A DNA stretch of 64,000 nucleotides from an uncultured Nitrososphaeraceae archaeon (GCA_963729045.1 CAVSMN010000007.1:32001-96000); one strand, 5' to 3'; shown: positions 39,246 through 53,405, counted from the stretch's first letter. Notes: generated from the letters alone by a model not told the origin. Numbers and translations are program-made.

Positions 39246-42028
39246 TTACGCTCAATTAGAACAACATATATTAAATAAATTTTCAAAAGAATCCTTTGCA
39301 AAATTAACTTCAATCCAGGACCAATCATATAGAGTTTTGGCACGAAGGCAAGATTCTCTATTGGTAGCTCCAACGGGTTCAGGAAAAACTGAATCTGCTA
39401 TAATTCCTGTAATTACTATGTTGGCTGAGGACAAATGTGGGGCATCCATGGATGGTGACGGTATAAGGTGCTTGTATATTACACCGCAACGCTCACTCAA
39501 TAACGATGTTTTTAGAAGAATCATAAAGTATGCAACTTCTGAAAATCTAAAAGTCGAAATTAGGCATGGTGACACATCATACACCAAGCGTAAAAAAATT
39601 TATCAAAATCCACCTGACATACTGATAACAACTCCGGAATCCTTGTCAATTATATTAGTAAATGAAAAGATGGGTCATTTATTGAAAACGGTAAGATGGA
39701 TTATCATTGATGAAATTCACGAGATCATATCGTCCAAACGAGGATCTTACCTATCATTATGTCTGGAACGTCTGACTTTTTTTTCTACTGGCTTTTGTAG
39801 AATTGGTATATCAGCTACCGTTGGGAATCATGCTGAAACAGCTCGTTTTTTGGTGGGAAAAGATAAAAAATGTGCAATATTAGTGGACAAAACTCTTAGA
39901 AAATACGATATTGAACTTAAGCATATAGATGGATCAATTAAAGAAGTTTCCACATATATTTTAGACTATGTATCTAAAACTCATTCAAACTCTTCTGTTT
40001 TGTTATTTACCAATACTCGGGATGAATCTGAATTTATGGGTACCGTATTGAAAAATCAATGTAATTTACAGGTTCAAATACATCATGGTTCTCTATCAAG
40101 AGATGCTCGAGAAGAAACTGAAAAATTTTTGAGGACTGGTATCGCTGGAATTGTGGTGTGTACGTCTTCCCTTGAATTGGGTTTAGATATCGGATCAATT
40201 GATCTTGTAATACATTACGGATCTCCAAGACAGGTATCAAAATTAATACAAAGGATTGGACGTAGTAGGCATACTCGGAGATTATCGGCTAAGGGCTTGA
40301 TAATTACAAATAACTATGATGATTTTTTAGAATCACTGAGCATAATCCAAAGAGTTAGGAGAGGATCCATTGAAGATCAGATTCCACATGAGTGCCCACT
40401 TGATGTGTTGGCACATAATATTGTCGGGATGACTTTACAAACCAGAGAAAAGTTGAATTTGGAAAAATTATATGGGTCCTTTTCCTCTGCTTACTTGTTC
40501 AGATCTTTATCGTATTTCGATTTCATGGATTGCATAAATATACTCCTAAATAGTTTTCTAATCCGGTTAGACGTGGAAAAAAAACATATTACAAGAACGG
40601 GAAAGTCTTATAGGTACTATTATGAAAATGTTTCCACAATACCTCATATTGTTAAATTCGATGTAATTGATTCGATATCAAAAAAGAGAATAGGCACATT
40701 GGATCAACAATTTGTGGGAGATTACGGTGAAAAAGGTAATGTGTTTGTGCTCAAGGGCTCACAGTGGAGAATATTAGTAATAGATGAGGGAAAATTTCAA
40801 GTTCACGTTGAACCGCTAAGCGGTGCTCCAATTAATGTTCCGTATTGGGTAGGGGAGATGATTCCAGTTGACTATGAAACTGCGATGATGGTAGGCAAAT
40901 TAAGAAAAAAAATTAGGTCAGGGAATTCCAAAAAAATTGATATTAGTTTCTCTGATACAGATCCAAAAATAATAGCTAATATGTCCAGAAATATGAAATC
41001 TTTGGATGTAATTCCAGATTCTTCAAATCTAGTCTTTGAGACGATACCTACTGAAAGTATTGTAGTAGTCCACAGTACCCTTGGCTCAAAAATCAATAAC
41101 ACCTTAGGCTCATTATTGTCTACATTTCTTTCATCAAAGACGGGTTACATAATTGAAACTAGATCAGATCCATATAGAATATTATTAAGCTCTGTAAATA
41201 TTAGATTAAGACAGAATCATATTTTCTCTTTATTTGATGATGAATTTGATGTGGAATCAGGTACTAATAGCATCTTTTAGTGGGACATATAACATCAATT
41301 GGAAAGTGTGGGGTGTAGCAAAGCGATTTGGAATTATAAAAAAAGAGTCTATTTACGACAAGAGGGTGGCACGCATGCTTTACGATAGATATTATAAGAC
41401 TTCTCTTAGTAAGGAATCAATTAGAGAATTAGTCCATGATAAGTATGATGTAAAAAAGACATCGCAGATAATCAAGGATATAAAATCTGGAGCCATCAAT
41501 TTGCACTGGTTAGACACTCGTGAATTTTCGGGACTCGCGCAACCTATATTGTCACGTTCTAAAAAATCAATTTCTGCCCCACTTGGCTTAGAAAATGGGA
41601 TATTAGAATTGGTAAAAGAACGCTTGACAACAACAAAGCATAAGTTAGTTTGTATGAGATGTGGTAAATGGGAAAGGATATTTGAAACTAAGGATATACC
41701 AAACAAATTGGGTTGTCCATTCTGCAAATCCAAATTAGTTGCGGCTACTTTTTGGAAGGATGGCGATCTGGGTAATATCATTGGTAGGAAAATTACAGGG
41801 GCCAGGCTCTCAAAAGATGAAGAACATAAATTTGATAGGGCCTGGAAAATAGCTTCTTTAATAAATAATTTTGGAAAAATGGCTGTTTTTGTGTTATCGG
41901 GTCATGGAATTGGAGCTGATACTTGTGCCAGGATTTTACGTAACTATACTGATGATGAGAACTTGTTGAAAACAATCTATGAAGCTGAAAAACAATATGT
42001 AATGACTAGAGGATTTTGGGACAACTGA
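39235..42028 (+). CDS. lhr: Lhr-like SF2 helicase (frameshift ~41260)
   Basis: APTGSGKT, DILITTPESL, DEIHE, SAT, SSLELGLDIG, QRIGRS. C-terminal CMRC..CPFC and YEAEKQY..TRGFWD. Confidence 0.92.
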
Positions 42029-42082
42029 TGAATCTTGTCTTTTTCTAGAATCATTATGTAATTATGATTCAACCTGCCCATC

Positions 42083-43526
42083 TTAACTTATTTTCATAAT
42101 ATTTGAATAAGGTTTAAGTGATAACTCAATATTTCCTTCTTTGCCACTTGCTGCGTTTACTCCTAAAATTCTTACTCTTTCACCTATCTTAAGATCAATT
42201 ACTAGGCCGCTACTCTCTCTCCAACCCACTAGTCTAATTTCTCCAGTGTCATCACCCACTATAGTGTCTGCTACTGACACGATTTCTCCACTCTTAGTGT
42301 TTACATCCATCTTATTTGGATTCTGAAGAACTATGACCTCGACCACATATGGCTTGTTCATGCTATCTACTTCCATTATTTTGCTTTCAAACTGGTCGCT
42401 TTTGGGGATATCTTTGTCCTCCTTCAAGATCTGTACATACGATTCTTGACCAGTTATTTCGATTGTATTTCCAAGAACCCTACTAGGGTAACATTCAATT
42501 ATGTCATCAGTTTCAAAATGAATATCAAATAGTTTATTATCTATTGATAATAAATATGACTTGCCATCTTTATCTATCGCCATACAATGCGTTTTCCTTT
42601 CTGTTGGATCGAGCCTAGCAGAGACGATCCTCAATGTATAGCTCTCTACAGGTTCTATTTGTTCCACAAATTCAAATCCAGTGCCCTCGTCACCATGTAT
42701 TTCTAAATCACCGTTACTAAAATTAGGGTTGCCTATTTTTGTCTTGACACCGATCAATTTAATTTTTGAGCCAGTCGTCAAAGATTTTGGTACCTTCTCA
42801 TCATTAATATTCCAAATGATTGATCGAATTTTCCTGGTGTTGCTATCATTTGATAACTCCATGTGTAGGGATTTTGCACGTTCTCCTCTACTATTGGTGA
42901 ATGCAGAAATCCTCGGATCTGAAGTAATTCTTCCAGAAATAACCATATTTTCCTTTGGAACATCAAGATCATCAATCGTTTCGGTTAATTCAGAGAGTAA
43001 CGGAATTTGATATTTATCCATCTTCTGAAACTATTTCAATTGATCCGTTGCTGCTCAAGTTGATAATGGGCTTATTGTCCATCCCTGCTTTGACCTGTCC
43101 CTTTGAAACTTTAATCAAATCTCCCAGCTTTAAATCAAGCTGTTCAGGCAAATCTACAAAATCATCCCAAAGCTTTATTTTGACATTTGAGTCTTTATCA
43201 TAAATATGGATAATTCTATTCCTTGATTCCAGGTTTGAATCCCTCTTTAGAAATATTTTGATCGGATTAATGGTCATGATTCTCCCGACAGTAGTTACAT
43301 CCCTGGCGCCAACGAATACATCTTTAAGACTATATTCTGATTTTGGAGTTTTTTCCAAGGAAATACCTAAATCTGCGGCCACTAGGAATAATGCTCCCTG
43401 GTCTGTCAAATACCCTGCACCCACATTGGTCTTTTTTTCTTCAATCATTGTCTTTAATTTCTCAAAATTTAAATCGTGTTTTTCTTCCAATATTATTTCA
43501 ATCATTTTATTATAGTCTAGTGCCAA
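42083..43526 (-). CDS. rpa: multi-OB-fold single-stranded DNA-binding protein RPA (frameshift ~43017)
   Basis: GYLTDQGALFLVAADLG N-terminus and OB folds with IKLWD and VGDDTGEIRLVGW. Confidence 0.85.
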
Positions 43527-44070
43527 TTATGATGATCTAATTTACATTACATATTTTAATTTAAAAAAATTTTCGTAGAATGTTAACTGATATGCATATA
43601 ATTTTTATCCAATATTCACGTTTCAAGTGAAATTGTTAACCATTTGCTTATCTATGTCATAGGAAAATTAATTAAGAATCCCATTAGACTGATGAATCCT
43701 GATGGATTTGCAATAATAAAGTTGACTATTTATATAAATCGCAAGAGGATATTTCTAAGCTAGCGGTTTTTGATCGGCAAAATAATTTTAGATATGACAT
43801 GTAGAATGGGTTCTTAGATTCCTGCAATTATTTTTTGAGCACGCATTTCCAAAAGAAAACCTATCATCAGATTGATAGGTAATGTTTATTGATTTGATGC
43901 AGTAGATTTTCAGTCCATATGCTTAAGCAAACGAAATAGTTATACTTCAAGCATAGGGAATATCTTTGATTTTTCAACTGTCGCAGCTTCTAAATCAATT
44001 TTTTAAGGTTTATAATGGTTTTATATTTGAACTCTATCTACTACCAAAGTATGCAATTTACCCCTTGTTT

Positions 44071-45504
44071 CTATTTACTCGATTTGACCCTCCTCCTGCG
44101 ATACATGAAATAAACAACAGCAATAATTATTCCGAGGATGAATGAAATAATGGGTATCAGGAAAAAAGGACTTTGATCATCACCCTGGATATCATTAGAT
44201 TTAGAAATGTCTAATCCGGACTGATTTTGACTGGTTATGTTATTAGGTTCCGTACCGATGATTTTGATTACTCTAGCATCTTTTCCAAATTCTATTACCA
44301 ATTTTCTGCTATCGTTATCTAAAGTGTATTCCCCAGATGATGTATTGCTCCCTACACTGGAGGATGATATATTTGAATCAATTTTATCAATAATTTCCTT
44401 ATATTTTGCTGGTTGGTTATTTACAAGTACTGTAAAGTTCTTATCTTCTTCGCCTATCCTCGAATCTATTATGTTCCGAGGCAGATCAATTGATAGCTCA
44501 CCATTTTCGTCATATGATAAAATATCAAGATTTAGGGTCTTGATTTTTGAATTTGATTCTAATTGGAGACCATTTAGGCTTCCGCCTTTTAGTTCGACGC
44601 TTGTGTAATCAATTTTATTATTAACTGTTATGGGAATAATTTGTTGTAATATTTTGTCTAATCCGGACTGATTTTGACTGGTTATGTTATTAGGTTCCGT
44701 ACCGATGATTTTGATTACTCTAGCATCTTTTCCAAATTCTATTACCAATTTTCTACTATCGTTATCTAAAGTGTATTCCCCAGATGATGTATTGCTCCCT
44801 ACACTGGAGGATGATATATTTGAATCAATTTTGTCAATAATTTCCTGATATTTTGCTGGTTGGTTATTTACTAGTACTGTAAAGTTCTTATCTTCTTCGT
44901 CTATCCTCGAATCTATTATGTTCCGAGGCAGATCAATTTCTACAATATCTGACTTATTTTGACCTGGAGTTAATACAAGAATTATGCTCCTTTGATCATT
45001 ATCATAAAGTATGTTATTAATTCTATCTCCTGCACTTGAGATTGAGATTGGATTAAGAATGCTACCTGTTTTGACTTGATAATAGATATCGTTTTTGAAA
45101 GATGGATGACCAGGCTGATTTCCATTTGTGGATGTGTTTCCAAAGATTTCGTCTTGAATCTTAGGAGCACCTATAGTAGTGGTATTTTCATTATTCAAAC
45201 TAGATAATGCATCTCTAAAATCAAAGTCGGTGGTACTTAATATTACTACAAACGTTGACATCGTGAGTAGGCATACTCCAATCAACACCGAACTTCCATA
45301 CTTCCACAATAGTTTAGTATAGATTCGATCATATGATATAAGAATTCTGCGTGGATTATTTGCTTTAACAGTCAAAGTGTGCCCTTCAATGTAGCTATTA
45401 TTGATAACGGTGTGATCCATGGGGGATAATTTTTCAAATAGACTATTATGAAATTGATATTTATTTAACAACATTGAAATTTCATTCCCTATACCGATAT
45501 ACAA
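44071..45504 (-). CDS. membrane-anchored surface protein with duplicated domain of the type seen in thaumarchaeal PEFG-CTERM proteins
   Basis: N-terminal TM, two copies of IDLPRNIID..EDKNFTVLVN..RKLVIEF..IKIIGT, C-terminal TM plus RRRR. Start is uncertain. Confidence 0.75.
   Translation of the reverse strand: MYIGIGNEISMLLNKYQFHNSLFEKLSPMDHTVINNSYIEGHTLTVKANNPRRILISYDRIYTKLLWKYGSSVLIGVCLLTMSTFVVILSTTDFDFRDALSSLNNENTTTIGAPKIQDEIFGNTSTNGNQPGHPSFKNDIYYQVKTGSILNPISISSAGDRINNILYDNDQRSIILVLTPGQNKSDIVEIDLPRNIIDSRIDEEDKNFTVLVNNQPAKYQEIIDKIDSNISSSSVGSNTSSGEYTLDNDSRKLVIEFGKDARVIKIIGTEPNNITSQNQSGLDKILQQIIPITVNNKIDYTSVELKGGSLNGLQLESNSKIKTLNLDILSYDENGELSIDLPRNIIDSRIGEEDKNFTVLVNNQPAKYKEIIDKIDSNISSSSVGSNTSSGEYTLDNDSRKLVIEFGKDARVIKIIGTEPNNITSQNQSGLDISKSNDIQGDDQSPFFLIPIISFILGIIIAVVYFMYRRRRVKSSK
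44208..44938. repeat. 284-bp direct repeat (44208-44491 and 44655-44938)
   Basis: Offset 447 bp (149 codons). About 5 mismatches by eye. Confidence 0.93.
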
Positions 45505-45640
45505 TTGGATTTCGGGATTATTTTACCATCTTCTGAGTATCCTGATGGAATATTATATATATTCGATTACAGCTTTATTCGATACTTGACATTTATTTTG
45601 TTATTACGTGATTCAGCAATTGGTATGGGGGATTTGTATA

Positions 45641-45892
45641 TTGTCAGCTGAGAAGAAAGAGATAAGAATAGTTGATCATATATACCAACCTAAACATGAA
45701 ATTCTAACAAAAGATGAAGCTGAAATTGTATTTAAGAAATTTAATTCTAAACCCAGTCAATTCCCATATATGATGTCTTCTGATAAAGGCATTCAAGGGT
45801 TAGAAGCTCAACCTGGGGATGTTATTAAAATTACCCGAAAGAGTTCTACTGCAGGTGAAAGTGTATATTACCGATATGTAGTAGAAGGTTGA
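45641..45892 (+). CDS. rpo5: RNA polymerase subunit Rpo5 (H)
   Basis: HIYQPKHEIL, PGDVIKITRKSSTAGESVYYRYVV. TTG start at 45641 is inferred. Confidence 0.93.
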   Translation: MSAEKKEIRIVDHIYQPKHEILTKDEAEIVFKKFNSKPSQFPYMMSSDKGIQGLEAQPGDVIKITRKSSTAGESVYYRYVVEG

Positions 45893-45900
45893 TCTAGGGA

Positions 45901-48900
45901 ATGACAGTCAGTATCAGTAATAATTCTATAGATATGTGGCCTATAATCAATGATATTTTGCGACGAGAGGGAGTAGCAAGACAACATCTTAATTCTTACA
46001 ATGAGTTCATTGAACGGGGACTCCAAAGCATAATTGACGAAGTTAACGAGATAGAAATTGAAACGGCCGAATATCCATATAAAATTAAATTGGGAAAAAT
46101 AAAAATGCAGCAACCTAGGATCATGGAGTTAGATGGTTCAATTACTCACGTGGCACCAGTCGAAGCTCGACTTCGCAATTTAACTTACGCCTCTCCAATC
46201 ATGTTGGAATGCAGCATAGTTGAAGAGGGCAAAACTTTGGAATCCAGATTTATACATATTGGTGATATGCCTGTAATGGTGAAGTCAAACGCTTGTATGC
46301 TTCATAATTATTCTGAATCAAAATTAGTCGATGTAGGGGAAGACCCAAAGGATCCAGGTGGATATTTCATTATAAACGGGTCAGAAAGGGTAATTGTTGG
46401 ATTGGAGGATCTTTCTTATAATAAGATTATCGTTGATATCGAGGAAACATCGGGTACCATGTTATACAAGGCTAAAGTATATTCTTCAATTGTTGGATAT
46501 CGTGCAAAATTAGAGTTGATTATGAGGCCCGACGGTTCCATTGTTTCAAAGATTCCAGGTTCTCCAGTTGATATCCCACTTATCATATTAGTACGAGCAT
46601 TAGGCTTGGAGTCTGATAAAGATATTGCCAATGCAGTTTCCTTGAATGATACTATCCAGGACGAACTGGAACCTTCATTTGAAAAATCTGGCGAAGTTGC
46701 TACCAGCAGAGATGCCATAATCTACATAAGCAAAAGAATTGCACCAGGCATGCTAGAGGAGTTTCAAATAAAACGAGCGGAAACATTATTGACTGGGGGC
46801 TATTGCCACATCTTGGTAAGAATCCTGATAACCGGTACGAAAAGGCATTATTCCTAGGCGAATCCGCATGCAAATTAGTTGAATTAAATCTTAATTGGAT
46901 TGAACCAGATGATAAGGATCATTATGGCAATAAAGTCATAAAATTTGCAGGTCAGATGCTAGCAGACTTATTCAGGACCGCTTTTAGGAACCTAATAAGA
47001 GATATGAAGTATCAATTAGAAAGATCTGGTCAAAAGCGAGGAATCAATGCAGTTGCAGCTGCTGTCAGGCCTGGAATTATCTCTGACAAGTTAAATAATG
47101 CTATAGCTACCGGAAATTGGGGTAGGGGTAGGGTAGGTGTTACCCAACTTCTAGATAGAACAAATTACATGTCTACAGTTAGTCACTTAAGAAGAATCCA
47201 GTCCCCACTAAGTCGAAGTCAACCCAATTTTGAAGCTAGGGATTTGCATGCAACTCATTTTGGACGTATTTGTCCATCCGAAACCCCAGAAGGATCAAAT
47301 TGTGGCTTGGTTAAAAACTTGGCACTGTCTGCAGTAATATCAGTCAGCGTTTTATCATCAGATGTAATTGAAAAGTTATACGAATTGGGTGTTCAAAATG
47401 TGAACGAGACGAATGATGATTTGAAACAAAAAGGTGCTAGGATATTTGTCGATGGTCGTTTAATTGGATACATAGAAGATGGTCGTAATTTATCAAATAG
47501 GTTGCGTACTATGAGGCGATCTGGCAGAATGCATCCTCACATGGGAATCTATTTTTATTCTTCTTTAAATGACAATGCAACAAAAAGATTGTATATTAGT
47601 TGTAACTCAGGCAGGGTTTTACGACCCCTGGCAATTGTAAAAGATGGTAATATATTACTGACAAAGGAAGTTATCGAAAAAATTTCAAAGAAATTCTTGT
47701 CATGGACTGATCTTTTATACATGGGGATTATAGAACTGGTAGATGCTAATGAGGAAGAAAATTGCTATATTGCAAGTGAACTAAGGAACATAACAAACGA
47801 CCATACTCATGTTGAGATCTTCTTATCTTCGATATTGGGTGTAGGAGCTTCTATTATTCCCTACCCTGAACATAATCAATCACCTAGGAATACATACGAG
47901 AGTGCAATGGCAAAACAAAGTTTGGGATTCTCTACTCCACTAATGAATGCAAGTACATATGTGAGACAACATTTTATGCTATATCCCCAGATGCCTGTTG
48001 TAAGTACTAAAGCAATTAACTTATTGGGATTAGATGAACGACCAACCGGTCAAAATTGTGTAGTAGCGGTTTTGCCATTTGAAGGATATAATATTGAAGA
48101 TGCTGTGGTTTTTAGTAAATCATCTGTAGATAGAGGATTAGCACGTACGTTCTTCTACCGTGTTTATGAGGCTGAAGCTAAACAATATCCTGGTGGAATG
48201 AAGGATACATTTGAAATCCCTTCTTCTGAAGCTAACATTCGTGGTTATCGTGGAGAAAAATCTTATCGTTTGTTGGAACCAGATGGTGCGATAATGCATG
48301 AATCAGTAGTTAATGGGGGTGATATTTTGATAGGCCGAACCTCCCCGCCCAGATTCATGGAGGAATATAAAGAGTTTGAAGTTAAGGGTCCATATCGACG
48401 GGACACATCAATCGGTGTTAGACCATCAGAGAACGGAGTGGTCGATACTGTTATCATGACACAGTCAGTAGAAGGCGGCAAAATGTACAAGATTCGAGTC
48501 AGAGATATGCGAATTCCTGAGATAGGGGATAAATTTGCCTCCCGTCATGGTCAAAAAGGAGTTGTTGGTATGCTTGTAAACCAAGAGGACTTGCCTTATA
48601 CAGAAGATGGTGTAGTTCCTGATGTGATGATCAACCCCCATGCGTTTCCTTCTAGAATGACCGTTGGGATGTTCATGGAATCATTGGGTGGTAAAGCAGC
48701 TTCTTTGAGGGGCAAAATAGTTGATGGTTCTGCATTTTTGGGTGAAAAATTGAATGATATTAAGGATGTAATGGAAGTCATACGGATTCAAGCATAGTGG
48801 AAAAGAAGTAATGTATGACGGGAGGACCGGGAAGAGATTCCCTGTTGATGTATATGTTGGCGTAGTTTATTACCAAAAGCTACATCATATGGTAGCCGAC

Positions 48901-49263
48901 AAGATTCATAGTAGAGCTAGAGGTCAAGTTCAAATGCTAACAAAGCAACCTACAGAAGGTAGAGCTCGTGGAGGTGGGTTAAGGTTTGGAGAAATGGAAA
49001 GAGACTGTTTAATTGCTTATGGTGCGTCAATGATGCTAAAGGACAGACTTTTAGAAGAATCTGATAAAGCGGAGATAAACGTATGTGAGAGATGCGGTTT
49101 GTTATCATATTTTGATACAAAACAGAGAAAATATGTATGCAGGGTCTGCGGTGACAAGGCAAAAATTTCTAGTGTTATAATTGCATATGCCTTCAAATTG
49201 TTATTGCAAGAAATGATGAGTTTAAATGTCGCTCCACGCTTATTGGTAAAGGAGAAGGTTTAA
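45901..49263 (+). CDS. rpo2: RNA polymerase subunit Rpo2 (B) (frameshifts ~46790, ~48778)
   Basis: [58 protein letters not shown] across three frames. Confidence 0.97.
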
Positions 49264-49297
49264 TCTTTTTGTTTTTATATAATGGAGGTCTTTTTAA

Positions 49298-52200
49298 ATG
49301 AATGATGAATCTGTCAAGATATTAGATGGTATTAGATTTAGCATTTGGTCACCTGTCGAGGTAAGAAAGTTTAGTGTTACTGAGGTGACAGCACCAGAAA
49401 CATACGATGAAGATGGAATGCCCGTTCAGGGGGGGTTGATGGACAACAGACTGGGAACATTGGAGCCTGGTCAAAAATGTGCAACCTGCGGAAATACATC
49501 TGCTAGATGTCCTGGGCATTTTGGTCATATAGAACTTGCCGAACCCGTTCTACACATCGCATTTATCGATGATATTCATAAATTGCTTTTGATTACATGC
49601 AGATCGTGTAATCGTATTAAACTTAGTAATGAGGATTTAGAAAAATACAAAAATTTACGTGACAGCAAGGCAGCATATGCTGTAATTACTCTTGAAAACG
49701 TTAAAGACGAGATTATTGAAAAAGCAAAGAAAGTTAAAGTTTGTCCACATTGCCAGAAAGAACAATATGATCTCATTTTTACAAAACCTACAATCTTTGT
49801 TGAAAAAACTGATGTAGGGGAGAATAGGTTATTACCCATTACCATTAGGGAGAGACTACTAAATGTTTCAAATGACGACCTAATATTGTTAGGATATGAC
49901 CCAAAGACTGCTCGACCTGAATGGTTCATTCTTCAAGTCTTGCCCGTACCCCCAGTTACAGTTAGACCATCTATTATTCTAGAAACAGGTATTCGATCAG
50001 AGGACGACTTGACTCATAAGCTAGTGGATATTATTCGAGTAAATCAGAGACTCAAAGAGAGCAAAGAAGCTGGAACACCTCCTTTGATTGTTCAGGATTT
50101 GGTAGATTTATTGCAGTATCATGTTACTACTTACTTTGATAATGAAGTATCGGGTATCCCTCAGGCCCATCACAGGTCCGGAAGACCATTAAAGACCATA
50201 ACCCAGAGGTTAAAGGGTAAAGAGGGTCGATTTAGAGGATCCCTATCGGGTAAGCGAGTTGATTTTTCAAGCAGAACCGTAATTTCACCTGATCCAAATC
50301 TTACCATATCCGACGTGGGTGTACCAAGTGATGTCGCAAAAAAGCTCACAATACCCGAAACTGTTTCTACCTGGAATATTGATAAGCTGAAAAATCTTGT
50401 TCTAAATGGACCCAACAATTATCCTGGAGCTAATTACATTATTCGGCCAGACGGTGTAAAAATAAGACTGGACTATGTCACGGATCGAGCTGCTATTGCT
50501 GATTCAATAATGAATGGATATACTGTGGAGCGACACTTAATGAATGGGGATGTTGTAATATTTAACCGACAGCCATCATTGCACAGGATGTCTATTATGG
50601 CTCACAATGTAAGAGTACTTCCATATCGTACTTTTAGGCTCCATCCGGCAGTTTGTCCACCATATAACGCAGACTTTGATGGTGATGAGATGAATTTACA
50701 TGTTCCCCAAAGCCAGGAGGCACGGGCAGAAGCGGCCTTGTTAATGCGGGTTCAAGATCAGCTAATATCGCCAAGATATGGAGGGCCTATTATTGGTGGT
50801 ATACGTGATTTTATAACTGGGGCCTTCCTATTGACAAAGGATGAAACGATACTAACTGCTGATGAAATTGCTAATTTTGCGTATTTGGGTGGGTATAGTG
50901 GACCTTTACCGAAACCTCATTTAGAAAAGGATGGAAAAGCATTTTTTACAGGCAAACAGTTATTTTCACTTTTCTTACCAAAGGATTTCAACTTTGTAAT
51001 TACTTCAAAGTGGAATAAAGCCTCAAAGTTGCAGGGCAAGGATGTAGTCATTAAAAACGGGCAGTTGATGTCAGGCGTAATCGATAAAGCTTCAATAGGT
51101 GCAGAAGAACCTGATAGTGTACTTCACAGAATCGCAAAGGACTACGGTAACGATGAAGCAAAAAAATTCCTTGATGCTATACTTATTATGTTAAAGACCT
51201 ACATTACTCACAGAGGGATTTAGCTATGGGTATTCTGATTTATGGTTGAGTGACGAAACTCGAAAAGAAATTCAAGATGTAATTCAAAAGACTTACAATA
51301 AAATCGATGAATTGATAAAACAATATCATGACGGTACATTACCTTTAACCAGAGGTTTATCTCCTGAGGAAGCCTTGGAGTTATATGTTGTTAATGAACT
51401 CTCAAGGGCAAGAGACAGAGCTGGAAAAATTGCCGACCGATCGTTTCCTGATGACAATTCTGGTGTAATCATGGCTTCAACCGGGGCAAGAGGTTCCACT
51501 TTGAATATTGGACAGATGACTGCAGCTTTGGGTCAACAATCAATCCGTGGAAAAAGGATTATCAAAGGATACAGGAACAGGGCGTTACCACATTTTAGGC
51601 CCGGTGATCAAAATCCAGATTCTAAGGGCTTTGTTAAATCAAATTATAGAGACGGACTTAATCCAATCGAATTTTTCTTTCATGCCATGGGGGGTAGAGA
51701 GGGTCTAGTTGATACTGCAGTGCGTACTCAACAATCAGGATATATGCAGCGCAGACTCATTAATGCATTAGAACATCTTAAAATTGAATATGATTTAACT
51801 GTTCGTGACCCACATGGAAATATCATTCAATATGTTTATGGAGATGATGGTATTGATCCGGCCAAAAGCGATCATGGTGATGCCGTTAATATCACTAGGT
51901 TGGTAGAGAGCGAATCCGTTATTGATGAAGGAGTCAAAACTAATGAGTCCGAAATGAAGGATTTGTTGCTGAAATTCAAGGAGAAGATGAATCCTAAATT
52001 AACCCAGGAAATTGAAGCAGCATTGTTATCCTATCCACTTAGCAAAACTGGGATTAAGAAAGTAGTTCATAAAATTATGGATTTGTTCGAAAAAGCAATG
52101 ATAGAACCAGGAGAAGCAGCGGGAGTTGTTACTGCCCAGTCTATTGGAGAACCTGGTACACAGATGACGCTGAGAACTTTTCATTTTGCTGGAGTAAAAG

Positions 52201-53094
52201 AAAGAAATGTAACATTAGGGTCTACCAAGACTTATTGAGCTAGTGGATGCAAGAAAGAAACCGGTTACCCCAACAATGGATATTTATCTTGATGATGAAC
52301 ACAAATTGTCTAGGGAGAAAGCCTTAGAAGTTGCAAAGAGGATTATTTTTACACGGATATCCGATTTAGTAAACAAGGTAGATACCGATTACAGTGGGAA
52401 TTTGTCATTTTTCTTCTCTGAAAAGAAGATAGCCGATAGAGGAACGTCTATACAGGAAATCCATGAAGTTTTGAAAAGTTCTAAGAAGAGATACGAAGTT
52501 ACCATAAACGAGGATACTCTCGTTATAAAAGTTTCCCTGTCTCAAGAACCAGATGCTCAAACTTTACTAACGCTACGAAATAAATTATTGAACGGGCGCG
52601 TTAAGGGCGTCCCTGATATCGAAAGAGTAACAATTGTAAAACAAAATGACGAATGGGTGATTCAGACAGCTGGTTCAAATTTGGCAAAAGTGGTGCTAGT
52701 AGAAGGAATAGATGTATCCAGAATCACTACAAACAATGTGTTCGAAATATGGCAAACTCTGGGGATTGAAGCTGCAAGAACCGCACTAGTCAAAGAAGTC
52801 ACTAATACTTTAGAGGAACAGGGTTTGGAAGTTGACATCCGACACATTATGTTAGTGGCAGATTTGATGACATCTAAAGGATACCTGCAACAAATTGGCC
52901 GTCACGGTATAGCAGGGACAAAGACTTCTGTATTGGCAAGGGCAGCCTTTGAAATTACTGTCCCTACAATCGCTAGGGCTGCGCTAGAGGGACAAGTGGA
53001 ACCATTAAAGGGAGTTACTGAAAATGTAATAGTCGGAGCAACTGTACCAGTTGGCACTGGAATGATTGATCTATATATGAGTGTCAAGGAATAG
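49298..53094 (+). CDS. rpo1: RNA polymerase subunit Rpo1, unsplit A'+A'' (frameshifts ~51216, ~52220)
   Basis: [60 protein letters not shown]. Confidence 0.96.
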
Positions 53095-53102
53095 AGAAGC
53101 AT

Positions 53103-53405
53103 ATGAATGAAAAGAAGTTGGCAAAAATCCTAAAGGAAGGTGTAAAAAATAACAAAATAAAAACAGGATATAAAGAAGTTTTACAGTACATCAAAGGCAC
53201 AAAGTTAATTGTACTTTCAAAGACATTGACCCCTGAAAAAGAAGAAAAAATAAAAAAGTCTGCTGAAGAAAGCGCTATTTCTGTGATATCTTACCCTGGA
53301 AATTCCGTACTGCTCGGAAGGCTTTGCAGCTTATCATATGGAGCCAGTGTGGTTTCATTAAAAAATGTCTCTGATGAAGAAGTAAAAGAGTTAATGAGTA
53401 GTTAA
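53103..53405 (+). CDS. rpl30e: 50S ribosomal protein L30e
   Basis: GYKEV, YPGNSVLLGRLC. Canonical position after rpo1. Confidence 0.88.
   Translation: MNEKKLAKILKEGVKNNKIKTGYKEVLQYIKGTKLIVLSKTLTPEKEEKIKKSAEESAISVISYPGNSVLLGRLCSLSYGASVVSLKNVSDEEVKELMSS

Noticed and set aside
42048..42070. GAATCAT/ATGATTC inverted repeat between convergent lhr and rpa
   Set aside because: A short AT-rich stem that is plausible by chance, so function cannot be supported.
43680..43720. CTGATGA-ATCC-TGAT-GGAT as a hammerhead ribozyme or C box
   Set aside because: No GAAA follows stem II and there is no properly spaced guide plus D box.
45901..53094. Split rpo2/rpo1 as true B''/B' and A'/A'' genes or programmed frameshifts
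   Set aside because: The breaks are single-base indels away from canonical split points and match the window-wide error pattern.
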